Origin: Thermodesulfobacteriota bacterium | Lineage (GTDB): Bacteria; Desulfobacterota; Desulfarculia; JACQYL01 | Direction of reading: 5' to 3' | Assembly: GCA_963675595.2 (NCBI GenBank) | Contig: CAXXLZ010000002.1 | Span: 4,000,001-4,064,000, forward strand | Length of the DNA: 64,000 nucleotides | Part shown: piece after piece, positions 29,667-38,747 of the stretch | How the letters are laid out: every line of letters starts with the position of its first letter | Position numbering within the stretch: the first letter of the stretch is position 1 | Translations under genes and position numbers: made by a program | Notes under the pieces: generated by a model | What the model was told of the DNA's origin: nothing | Databases searched by the model: none | The model's input: only the letters and a program-made list of their open reading frames with translations

Positions 29667-30433
29667 ATTCTGCAAGCGGTGAGAGTGTGGTTTACGGAGT
29701 GCATCCGGTGCTTGAAGCGCTGCGGTCCGAAGCCTCACGCCTGCAGAAAATCTACTTGGCCCACGGCAAGGTAAGCCCGGCACTGGCGCGGGTGCGCGCC
29801 GCAGCCAAGCAGGCGCGCGTTCCGTGCTCGGAGAAGTCCGCTTCCGAACTCGATCGTCTCGCCGAAGGCGGAAATCACCAGGGCGTGGTGGGCTTGGTGC
29901 GCCCTTTTGAATCCGTTTCGCCCGAAGAGATGCTCGATCGGGCGGCGGCGGCGGGTGTCGCTCCCTTGATCCTGGCGTTGGATCAGGGACGTGATCCACA
30001 GAATCTAGGATCTCTGATCCGTTCCGCGGAAGGCGCCGGTGCTCACGGCGTCCTCCTTTCCAAGCACGACTCGGCTCCGGTGACGGGAGTGGTCGGACGC
30101 GCTTCGGCCGGCGCTCTGGAGTACGTCTCCGTCGCTCAGGTGACCAATCTGGTCCGAACCCTTGAAGATATGAAAACCAAGGGATTGTGGGTGTTCGGAG
30201 CCGACGCTTCCGCTGAAGCCTCCATCTATGAAGCGGATTTTACGGTTCCAGTGGTTCTCGTCATTGGGAGTGAGGATCGGGGGATTCGCCCTCTGGTCAA
30301 GAAAACCTGCGACGCTCTCTACCGTATACCCCTCCTGGGCAGGATTCATTCCCTCAACGCAGCGGTGAGCGGTGCCCTGGTACTTTACGAGGCGGTGAGG
30401 CAACGGTTGTCGGCATCGTCGACAAAACCTTAA
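29663..30433 (+). CDS. rlmB: 23S rRNA (G2251)-2'-O-methyltransferase
   Basis: YGVHPVLEAL, HQGVV, DPQNLGSLIRSA, IGSEDRG, SLNAAV. Confidence 0.9.
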   Translation: MNSASGESVVYGVHPVLEALRSEASRLQKIYLAHGKVSPALARVRAAAKQARVPCSEKSASELDRLAEGGNHQGVVGLVRPFESVSPEEMLDRAAAAGVAPLILALDQGRDPQNLGSLIRSAEGAGAHGVLLSKHDSAPVTGVVGRASAGALEYVSVAQVTNLVRTLEDMKTKGLWVFGADASAEASIYEADFTVPVVLVIGSEDRGIRPLVKKTCDALYRIPLLGRIHSLNAAVSGALVLYEAVRQRLSASSTKP

Positions 30434-30490
30434 CCGCCCAGGAGTGACGGGCAACCGCGGATTACGAAGCCTGCCCCCGGTTGCACCTGT

Positions 30491-32905
30491 TCATTGCTTT
30501 ACCGGCGATGCTTTCCCTTCCGTGGATTCCACTCCGCGCAGGGGGCGCAGGAGTTCCTCGTACACCGCTTCCAGCAATGCCATGTGACGTTGCTTGGACA
30601 TCAGGCGTACCACCCTGTGCCGGGCTTGCTCCGTCATGGTGCGAGTCGCTTCCCGGTCATCGAGAATCCGGATCACGGCTTTTCGGATCGCCTCGGGATC
30701 TCCGGGGGGGATCAGCAGTCCCGTTTCTCCATCCAAAACGATTTCCGAAGTGCCCCCCACTTCCGTGCTTACCACCGGAACGCCGGACGCCATGGCTTCT
30801 CCCAAAACCAAACCCAGTCCCTCCCAGAGAGATGGGAGAACAAAGACGTCCATGGCGGACATCAGTTCGGCCACCCGGTTGCTGGTCCCGGTGAAAACCA
30901 CCACGTCCAGTAAACCGAGTTCCTTCGCTTTGTGCTCGATGGAGGAACGAAGTCGCCCGTCTCCCACAAGAAGCAGTCGGATCCCGGCGCGTTGTCTTCT
31001 GAGGAGATTTGCGGCCTCCAAGAGGTATACGTGCCCCTTCTGCTCTTCGAGGCGGGCCACGCAGCCCAATACCAACTCCCGGGGTGTGAATCCAAGCTCT
31101 CGGCGGACTCGTTCCCGGTCTCCTCGTCCAAAGGCGTCGAGGTCGATCATGTTGGGAATCACCAGCACCTTGTCCGGTTCCAGTCCGTCGTACCTCAAGA
31201 GGTCTCGTTTCACCGCTTCCGATACCGCAATGATCCGATGAGTGAATTTCCCAAGGAACCGGTTGATCAGGTGAATCCGCATCCGTCTTCGTGTGTAGAC
31301 GTTGTGGAAAGTGGAGACGATGCACGGGCTTCCGGCCCACAAAGCGGCAATCCGACCGTACCTGCCGCCGTCGAGCAGGTGGGTGTGAACGATGCTCACC
31401 TTTTCCCGGATCAAGAGCTGTTTGAGACGAAGGATCACTTGAAATTCGAAACGGTTGCTCTTGAGGCCCTGTAGAGCGAACACGGGCACTCCCAGCTCCT
31501 CGATCTTTTTCCCCATGGGCCCCTTGTCTCTCAGACTGCACACCATGGGCCGGAATCGGGATCGGTCCAAGGCTTCGATCTGGTTATAAAGGAGCATTTC
31601 CGCACCTCCCACGGGCAGCGCTGCGAACACGTAAAGAACCGGGACGGGAGAACCGTCGCATGTTTCGGATATACGGTTGCGGTATGGTCTGCAGCATCCG
31701 GTAATCAGCGGACATGAAATACCTAAAAGGAACCAGAACAGGTTTGCGGGCACGTCCACGAACAAGTCGTCCGCGATGTTTCGGAGCAGAAACCCGATGA
31801 TCATGATGAAAACGGCGATCCCGAGATAAGACTGAAAGGAAGTCTCAGACTCGGATGGTTTCTTGGGTCGCCAAGTCCATAGAGCTCGGATCAATAAAAA
31901 CAGCAACGCGGCGAGACCCTGTAACCCCATTTGCAGAGCCACGTTCAAATAAAGGCTGTGAGCGTGCCACATGGTATGTACATGGCCGGCAACGAAATCG
32001 GGGAAGGCTTTCTTGAAGGAAAGCCTTCCGTATCCGATGCCCAGAAACGGCGATTTCAAGATTTGACCCACAGAGAAATCCAGCAGGATCAGGCGGGCAT
32101 GTGTCGAGCTTTTCACTTGCCCGGGGTTGGGAGGCAGTTCATGCTTCCAGACCTGCTTGGGGATGGCGACGGCGAACAAGGCCAGCGCCAAGACGGCCAC
32201 GATTAGTGCGTACTTCTTCTTCATCACGAGCAAGACGCAGAGCACGAGTTCAATGAAGAAGACAATCCAGACCCAGCGCGCGTGCGTGATATAGACCGAA
32301 AAGCAGAGGATAATCAGGCTGATCCCGGCGAACACCATCGGCCGGCGTCCCTTCAGCCACTTGGGGAGCAGCAGGAACAGAGGGCCGACTTGGATGAGGA
32401 AGGTGCCGTAGTATTGGAAATCACGGAAAAAAGATTTGGCGCGGTAGGGCATCACGCTCGTCAGGGAACCGTGGTTCCGTTGAAAATCATATAGCCCGTA
32501 ACCCAGGGTGAGGACCGACGTTAAGAGGAGGAAGCTCACCAGGAGGGCGACATCCTTCTCATGCCGGAAACTCATTATGAGCAGATAGTACATCAGAGCG
32601 TTGCGAAGGAGCTCACTCCGTATCTCCACCAAGGAATACGGTACGTCCATGGCGGTGAATAGAGAGAGGACGGCGGTCAGGAAGAAGAGCAGGAGGGGAA
32701 CGCCCAATGGAGTCCGGACGAAAAAGAACCGCCTTTCACGTACGGCTTCGATGATGTACATGAGCAGCAGTCCGCAGATTCCCATATCCCGGACAAAGGT
32801 CATATTGGCACCCAGACCCAGGACCAGGATGAGGCCGAACAGGACCCTCGGGACTCGAAAAGACATGGAATGTTCAGGCAGACAGGATGTTGCTTGTGCC
32901 GTCAA
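30491..32905 (-). CDS. Fusion of O-antigen ligase-like (WaaL/Wzy_C) domain and GT4 glycosyltransferase
   Basis: N-half multi-TM with THAR, PFLGIG, HAHSLYL...MGLQGL; C-half GGAE, EGLGLVLGEAM, EVGG; single open frame. Confidence 0.85.
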   Translation of the reverse strand: MTAQATSCLPEHSMSFRVPRVLFGLILVLGLGANMTFVRDMGICGLLLMYIIEAVRERRFFFVRTPLGVPLLLFFLTAVLSLFTAMDVPYSLVEIRSELLRNALMYYLLIMSFRHEKDVALLVSFLLLTSVLTLGYGLYDFQRNHGSLTSVMPYRAKSFFRDFQYYGTFLIQVGPLFLLLPKWLKGRRPMVFAGISLIILCFSVYITHARWVWIVFFIELVLCVLLVMKKKYALIVAVLALALFAVAIPKQVWKHELPPNPGQVKSSTHARLILLDFSVGQILKSPFLGIGYGRLSFKKAFPDFVAGHVHTMWHAHSLYLNVALQMGLQGLAALLFLLIRALWTWRPKKPSESETSFQSYLGIAVFIMIIGFLLRNIADDLFVDVPANLFWFLLGISCPLITGCCRPYRNRISETCDGSPVPVLYVFAALPVGGAEMLLYNQIEALDRSRFRPMVCSLRDKGPMGKKIEELGVPVFALQGLKSNRFEFQVILRLKQLLIREKVSIVHTHLLDGGRYGRIAALWAGSPCIVSTFHNVYTRRRMRIHLINRFLGKFTHRIIAVSEAVKRDLLRYDGLEPDKVLVIPNMIDLDAFGRGDRERVRRELGFTPRELVLGCVARLEEQKGHVYLLEAANLLRRQRAGIRLLLVGDGRLRSSIEHKAKELGLLDVVVFTGTSNRVAELMSAMDVFVLPSLWEGLGLVLGEAMASGVPVVSTEVGGTSEIVLDGETGLLIPPGDPEAIRKAVIRILDDREATRTMTEQARHRVVRLMSKQRHMALLEAVYEELLRPLRGVESTEGKASPVKQ

Positions 32906-32958
32906 GAAAGTGCTCCCGGATACAATTCCTTCTCGTGCGTGGAATGGAGATCAAGAAA

Positions 32959-33129
32959 TCAGGGAAGAGGCTTGGCCTGATCGATGAGCATGACCGGGAT
33001 ATCATCCAGAATCTCATAGAGCAGCCTGCACCGATCGCAGATCAGACCGTCCTGATTTTCGGTGGGGCGCAGGTCGCCCTTGCATTTGGGGCAAACGAGG
33101 ATTTCAAGTAGTTCGGGTTTGAGAGACAA
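32959..33129 (-). CDS. ycaR: Trm112/YcaR-family small Zn-binding protein (56 aa; absent from the ORF track)
   Basis: TTG start after AGGAGGAGG; MSLKPELLEILVCPKCKGDL...LICDRCRLLYEILDDIPVMLIDQA. Confidence 0.92.
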   Translation of the reverse strand: MSLKPELLEILVCPKCKGDLRPTENQDGLICDRCRLLYEILDDIPVMLIDQAKPLP

Positions 33130-34195
33130 TTCCTCCTCCTTTTCTGGAAGTGAGCGTCACCTTTTCCACGGCTTGAAGGACGGCTTCGACGGAAATCCGT
33201 TCCATGCAGGAGCGATGGCTGCAATTTCGTTTCAGACACGGGCTGCATTCGATGCCACACCGGACCACCTGATGACCCGGACCATAGGGGCCCGTACGGG
33301 CCGGATCCGTGGGTCCGAATAAGGCCACCACCGGAGTTCCCACTGCGGCGGCCACGTGCATGGGACCGGTGTCCGTACTGACCACCGCAGCGCACCGACG
33401 GTAAAGCGCCGCAAGCCCCTTCAACCCGGTTTTACCACAAAAATTCAACGCTTGACCGCGCATTCCGGACAATATGGAATCCACGTAGGCCCGATCATTT
33501 GGGCCTCCCGTGAATACCACGGGGAGTCCGAGCCGCTCGACGATTTGATCGGCGAGTTTGGAGAAACCGGCCACGTTCCATAATTTTGTCTCCCATAGAG
33601 CCACCGGGTTGATGGCGATGGGGCTCTCCATGGAGAATCCCCATTCCGCGACGGCACGATTCTCTTCAGGACCGCGAGGAATAACGAACTCCGGGTAATC
33701 GGGTTCCCTTCCCAAATAACGAATGAAATCGAGATATCGCTCCACCGCGTGGAGCTGAAAGTTTTCGGGGCCGATGGACTCGGTCAGGGAGAAACCCGTG
33801 TACTCCTTGGTGCCGCTCCAGCCGAGCTTTTTCCGACCTTTGACCCACCAAGTCCAGACCGCGCTTTTGTACAAACCTTGCAAGTCCAGGACCAGGTCGT
33901 ATTCTTCGCGGCGGAGGTCGGCCGCCAGGCGAAACGTTTCCCGTAAGGTGCGCGTTTCACCTCGTTTCAATTCGGATAGTAGCCTTTTTCTTCGCGAGAT
34001 CCAAACACGATCCAAGTAAGGATGCCCGATGAGAAGATCGGCGGCGGCTTCCTCCACCAGCCAGTCGATCTTGGCTTCGGGGGCGGCTTTGCGCAGTTGA
34101 TGAAGAACGGGAAGACAATGGACCACGTCCCCCAAAGCGCTCAGTTTCACTATCAAAATCCGATTCGGGGAGGGCTGCAGCAGGTTGCCGGGCAT
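33104..34195 (-). CDS. waaC: LPS heptosyltransferase I (GT9)
   Basis: ILIVKLSALGDVVH, DWLVE, DLQGLYKS, DTGPMHVAAA; TGATG coupling with waaF. Confidence 0.78.
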   Translation of the reverse strand: MPGNLLQPSPNRILIVKLSALGDVVHCLPVLHQLRKAAPEAKIDWLVEEAAADLLIGHPYLDRVWISRRKRLLSELKRGETRTLRETFRLAADLRREEYDLVLDLQGLYKSAVWTWWVKGRKKLGWSGTKEYTGFSLTESIGPENFQLHAVERYLDFIRYLGREPDYPEFVIPRGPEENRAVAEWGFSMESPIAINPVALWETKLWNVAGFSKLADQIVERLGLPVVFTGGPNDRAYVDSILSGMRGQALNFCGKTGLKGLAALYRRCAAVVSTDTGPMHVAAAVGTPVVALFGPTDPARTGPYGPGHQVVRCGIECSPCLKRNCSHRSCMERISVEAVLQAVEKVTLTSRKGGGIVSQTRTT

Positions 34196-35244
34196 CAAAC
34201 GAGCTTTCCCGGCTTCCAAAGTTTTCCGGCTTCTTCCAGAACCATCCGGGGATCGATTCCCGTCATGCAACTATGATCCCTCGGGCACGTCTTCTTCATG
34301 CACGGCGCGCATGGAACGTGGAGGTTGATCACCCCGGCGCCGGCGTTAAGAGGCGACGTCACATCCTGCTTGGTAGGTCCGAATAGAGCAATCTGGGGTT
34401 TCTTCAGAGCCGCGGCGACATGCATCATACCGGCATCGTTGCTGATCACCAAGTTCGCGGCGTCGATCCAGGCGACCGCTTCGCTCAGGGAGCAGCGCCC
34501 GCTCATATCAAGTACCAAGTCGTCGGCCTCCTTCCGTATGGCGTCGCAGATTTCTTTTTCCGAGGCGCTCCCCAACAAAACGACTCCTGCGAGCCATTCT
34601 TCGCGTAAGGCTTTGACCAATCGGGCGTAATTTTCCACGGGCCACATTTTGGCGGAGCCGTATTTGGCTCCGGGGACCGTCACCACTATGGGTCGATCGT
34701 CGAAGATCTCCGTGCGCATCCGCGAGACTTCACTCTTGGCCGACGCTTCCACCTCGATGTGAAGTTCGGGGGAGGTGATGGGGAGGCCGAGCCTGCGGAG
34801 CAATGTGAGATAATAGTCGGTCTGGTGAATACGGCGATCTCGCGCGGTTCTCGTAACCGCATGGGTGAGCAGAGGACCGCGCAGGTCGGTTCGGTAGCCG
34901 GCCCGGATTGGGATGTCCGCCAGGAAGGCGATCAAGGCTGCTTCAAAGGCGTTCTGAAAGAGCACGGCAGCGTCGTATTCGTGAGCTTTCAGCTCCGCGG
35001 CCAGTCGCATTTTCCCCCGCAATCCCCCATGCCTGCCGTCGCGATCGTAGACGACAATTTGGTCGACGGCCGGATGCCGCGAGAAAATATCTCGAACCCA
35101 TGGGACCACCAATAAGTCGATGCGGGCTTCGGGAAAATCCCGCCGGAGGTCGGAAAGAGCGGGAGTGGTCATGACGGCGTCTCCCACCCAGTTGGCGCCG
35201 CGTACCAGAAGTCTTTCTATTTTGGAATGATCGAGCGTTTTCAA
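34195..35244 (-). CDS. waaF: LPS heptosyltransferase II (GT9)
   Basis: LLVRGANWVGDAVM, PGAKYGSAKMWP, NDAGMMHVAAA; start approximate (TTG 35244). Confidence 0.88.
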   Translation of the reverse strand: MKTLDHSKIERLLVRGANWVGDAVMTTPALSDLRRDFPEARIDLLVVPWVRDIFSRHPAVDQIVVYDRDGRHGGLRGKMRLAAELKAHEYDAAVLFQNAFEAALIAFLADIPIRAGYRTDLRGPLLTHAVTRTARDRRIHQTDYYLTLLRRLGLPITSPELHIEVEASAKSEVSRMRTEIFDDRPIVVTVPGAKYGSAKMWPVENYARLVKALREEWLAGVVLLGSASEKEICDAIRKEADDLVLDMSGRCSLSEAVAWIDAANLVISNDAGMMHVAAALKKPQIALFGPTKQDVTSPLNAGAGVINLHVPCAPCMKKTCPRDHSCMTGIDPRMVLEEAGKLWKPGKLV

Positions 35245-35291
35245 AAGAGTCTCGTGATGTTGGACTTGGAAGAACCGAAGACGGAGCCTTC

Positions 35292-36302
35292 TTACGGCGT
35301 CCCTTTGCGGAACCACGCTCGAAACCGCCGAGGGCCGCGAGGAGGGTCCTCTTGCCTCGGCCAGGGCGTCCAAGGCTTCTGCGACCATCGATTGTGGAAC
35401 CAAAGCCACTGATCGGGATGCTCTCGAATCATTTCTTCCAGGGTTCTGGTGAACAATGCCGTGTTATCCTCAATATCGCGGGTTCGGTCACCGGAACGTA
35501 CAAGTTCGAGCTCGGGGAGGAACGTGATCCGATGTTTGCCGGAAGGAAGCCGTACATCGTAAGCGGGAATCACGGCCACGCCCGGGGTCATGGCGAGGAA
35601 GCCCAAGGCCCGATTGGTACAGGCTCTTCTGCCGAAAAAGTCGACGAAAACCCCTTCTCGGTGCGAGGTGTTCTGATCCAGAAGAACGCCCACGGTTGCG
35701 CCGGCCTTTAACGCCTTCATGACGGGACGCATGGAACCGTCTTTGGGGAGTACTTTGTTTGCTCCCCGGGTCCGAACCTGTGTCATGAAGACATCCAAGG
35801 GCTTGAAATCCAGAGGCCTCGCTATGACGAAACCGGGAGCGATATCCAATGAAACCGCCAAAGCCAGCAGTTCCCAGTTCCCGATATGGCCGGTGAGCAT
35901 GAGCACCCCCCGGTTTTCTCTCCGAACCTTGAGGTAGTTCTCCAGTCCTTCCAGCTCATACAGGCTTCTGATTTCCGAAGGGGTCATACGGAAGATCCGG
36001 CAAATTTCAAGAATCGTGCGGCCGGAGCATTCGAAGGAACCACGTGCGATTCGAGCGGGAAATTCCGGATCGGTGATTTCCGGAAAGGACGCAGCGACAT
36101 TGCGTTCCGCGAGCCTTCTCCGAGATGGAATGAGGGTCATCCATAACCGCCCGAGCCCCTTTCCAACCTCCAAGGCCGTATGAACGGGGAGCTTTCCCAG
36201 TTCATTCAACAGGCGAATGACGATCTTTCCCAAGACATCGGTACCGGCGTTCGGAGCATCGTGGTTCGGTACGGCTTTTTGATTCACGAGGTTCTTTTCC
36301 AT
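35292..36302 (-). CDS. lpxL: Lipid A late acyltransferase (LpxL/HtrB family)
   Basis: GHIGNWE, LLDQ, VDFFG, IREHPDQWLWFHNRW. Confidence 0.88.
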   Translation of the reverse strand: MEKNLVNQKAVPNHDAPNAGTDVLGKIVIRLLNELGKLPVHTALEVGKGLGRLWMTLIPSRRRLAERNVAASFPEITDPEFPARIARGSFECSGRTILEICRIFRMTPSEIRSLYELEGLENYLKVRRENRGVLMLTGHIGNWELLALAVSLDIAPGFVIARPLDFKPLDVFMTQVRTRGANKVLPKDGSMRPVMKALKAGATVGVLLDQNTSHREGVFVDFFGRRACTNRALGFLAMTPGVAVIPAYDVRLPSGKHRITFLPELELVRSGDRTRDIEDNTALFTRTLEEMIREHPDQWLWFHNRWSQKPWTPWPRQEDPPRGPRRFRAWFRKGTP

Positions 36303-37363
36303 ATATGGGACCAGGAGTTCCAGAAATCGGCTTCATCATCGACGAATTTTAATTCAATACACAGGGCCACGGGGTCGAATTCACGATTCACCAGCCGATT
36401 CAGCTTGATCAGATCCTTCTCCGTGGTCACCATGCAATCGGCCCCGGCTCGGGACGCCATGGACGTGAGTTGCTCCCTGTCCCGACGGGTGTAGGCGTGG
36501 TGATCCCCGAACCCCTTGAATCCCACCAAAGTGACCCCCAAGGTCCGGAGGCTTTCGACAAATTGCCTGTTCCCCGCCAGCCCGGAGAAGGCGAATACCC
36601 GTAAATTACGGAGTCGGGATATGGGCGGTCCGCCGGAGGAACTCTTGATGGAAACCGGCTCGTGAACCGTGCGGAAAACGGATTTGCCCATTTCTTGGGT
36701 CAGAACCTCATAATTGGCGCGACTTTCGGGGCAATCCGTCCATCGCGTCAGGACGATCATCCCGGCCCTGCGCAAGGCCCGAATCGGCTCTCTCAGCGGA
36801 CCGCGAGGCAACAGGCGCTCTCTTAACACATTCCTGCGGGCGTCCAAAAGCACAATATCCAAGTTTCTCGCCAGGCGATAGTGCTGAAATCCGTCGTCCA
36901 GCAGGAAAATATCCGGTGAAAATCGTTTCCAAGCCGCCCGCCCGGCCGCGGCACGGTCCGCCGAAACCATGACGGGCACTCCCGTCTTTTGGGCGAGGAT
37001 CGCAGGTTCGTCTCCCACGGACGCCGGATCGCCAATGAATCCTTCACCGTCCGAAGCCGACAATATCTTCTGTTTCCCCTGTCGACCATATCCGCGACTG
37101 AGCAGCACGGGGCGAAGTCCTCTCTGTTTGAGCCCGCAAGCCAGGAAAGCGGCGAAGGGAGTCTTGCCCGTACCCCCGACCGCAAGGTTCCCCACGCTCA
37201 CCACCGGGGCGGGGAGAGTTTCAGTCCTCCTGATCATCCATTTAAAGGAGAGGCGGTTCAGTTGGGAACCCAGCAAATAGAGTCCGGAAGCCGGAGCCAG
37301 GAGCACTTCCAGCAGTCGAGCCGAGCCGGTGCGACCTGTGGCGCATATCCACTCGGAAATCAA
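36284..37363 (-). CDS. lpxK: Tetraacyldisaccharide 4'-kinase
   Basis: SVGNLAVGGTGKTP, LSRGYG, GDEP, DDGFQH, GPLREP, TTEKD. Confidence 0.96.
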   Translation of the reverse strand: MISEWICATGRTGSARLLEVLLAPASGLYLLGSQLNRLSFKWMIRRTETLPAPVVSVGNLAVGGTGKTPFAAFLACGLKQRGLRPVLLSRGYGRQGKQKILSASDGEGFIGDPASVGDEPAILAQKTGVPVMVSADRAAAGRAAWKRFSPDIFLLDDGFQHYRLARNLDIVLLDARRNVLRERLLPRGPLREPIRALRRAGMIVLTRWTDCPESRANYEVLTQEMGKSVFRTVHEPVSIKSSSGGPPISRLRNLRVFAFSGLAGNRQFVESLRTLGVTLVGFKGFGDHHAYTRRDREQLTSMASRAGADCMVTTEKDLIKLNRLVNREFDPVALCIELKFVDDEADFWNSWSHIWKRTS

Positions 37364-38643
37364 AGGAATCTCCTGATTCCGTCGATGGTTTGGGCTACGG
37401 CGCCGCGATTCGCAAGGACGAACTCCCGGCCGCGATCGCCGTATTCCGCAGCGGTCTTTCCGTCTCGCAGAAAGCCCTCAACGCCCTTTAAGAGTTCCTC
37501 CGCGTTCGCGACGCGTATGCCGGCCTTGTTTCTTTCAAGGGCCGAGGCCATATCACGAAAGTCTTCTGTATGCGGACCGAACAGCACGGGCACTCCGTGA
37601 ACCGCGGGTTCCAGAAGGTTGTGACCTCCCCGGGGCACCAAGCTTCCTCCCACGAACGCCACATCTGCGAGACCATAGACGGCGGACAGCTCTCCGAAGG
37701 TGTCCAGAATGATGACCTCGGCTCCCGGTGATGGGCTTTCGCTTCTTCGGCTCACGGAGAAGCCCTCTTGGACGGCCTGCCGATGAACCGCATCGAACCT
37801 TTCTCGGTCTCTAGGCGCAAGGACGAGAAGGAGGTCGGGGAACGCTTGGCTAAGTGATCGGAACGTTTGGAAAACGAGTTCTTCTTCGCCTGGGTGGGTG
37901 CTGCCTGCGACCCAGACCCTTCGCTCCGAAACCTCGAATCCCAGACTCCGACTCAACTCGATCCGTTCCAGGTCCGAAAGTTCGGATACTTCGACGTCGA
38001 ATTTCAGGTTACCGGTGATGGTGATGCGTTCTTCATCGGCTCCCAACGTGGTGAGTCGCCGCGCATCCGAAAGAGTCTGCGGAGCCAGGATCCGGAACTC
38101 GTTGAGAACGCGTCGAATAAGGGGCTTCGCTCGTCGGTAACCGGCCAAGGTGCCGTCGGAAATTCTGACGTTCACAAAAGCGGCGGGGATACCCGAGTTG
38201 CTTAACGTGTGGATCAGGTTGGGCCAAAGGTCGGTTTCCACCAGGACGAACAGACGCGGATTCACTCGACGCACCGTGTGTCTTACGACGAAGCCCAAAT
38301 CCAAGGGCATGAAGAAGCAAGCCGACACCCGACTCGAAAGCCGGAGTAACGCCGTGTCCTGTCCCGTCTCCGTAGCCGTGGACAAGAAAACCGGAACCTC
38401 GGGAAACTCTGAACGAAGCCCATTCACCAGAGGCACGGCGGAAAGAACTTCGCCCACGCTCAGGGCGTGCACCCAAATGGGACGGGCTTCCGAAAGGCTT
38501 TCCCTCAGGGTGTAGGGCGCTATTCCGAGTCTGGCGGGAAAAGACCGTCGGTATTTCTTCCGCAGGAGCATTCGGGTCAGAAAGAGAGGAGCCGCCGCGG
38601 GCAAGAGCAATGAGAAAAGAGTGACATAAAGATACAGCAGCAT
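37360..38643 (-). CDS. waaA: Kdo transferase
   Basis: WVHALSVGE, ETDLWPN, GSTHPGEE, FVGGSL..GGHNLLEP. Confidence 0.96.
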   Translation of the reverse strand: MLLYLYVTLFSLLLPAAAPLFLTRMLLRKKYRRSFPARLGIAPYTLRESLSEARPIWVHALSVGEVLSAVPLVNGLRSEFPEVPVFLSTATETGQDTALLRLSSRVSACFFMPLDLGFVVRHTVRRVNPRLFVLVETDLWPNLIHTLSNSGIPAAFVNVRISDGTLAGYRRAKPLIRRVLNEFRILAPQTLSDARRLTTLGADEERITITGNLKFDVEVSELSDLERIELSRSLGFEVSERRVWVAGSTHPGEEELVFQTFRSLSQAFPDLLLVLAPRDRERFDAVHRQAVQEGFSVSRRSESPSPGAEVIILDTFGELSAVYGLADVAFVGGSLVPRGGHNLLEPAVHGVPVLFGPHTEDFRDMASALERNKAGIRVANAEELLKGVEGFLRDGKTAAEYGDRGREFVLANRGAVAQTIDGIRRFL

Positions 38644-38747
38644 GACGGACACTCGCCGGCAAACGGTGGTCTTGCGGATTCGGATTCTGTGACGCGGGCC
38701 GCCGGAGCCGGTCCCCGAAGAAGGGAGGCTCGGTCGTTTACGCATAT

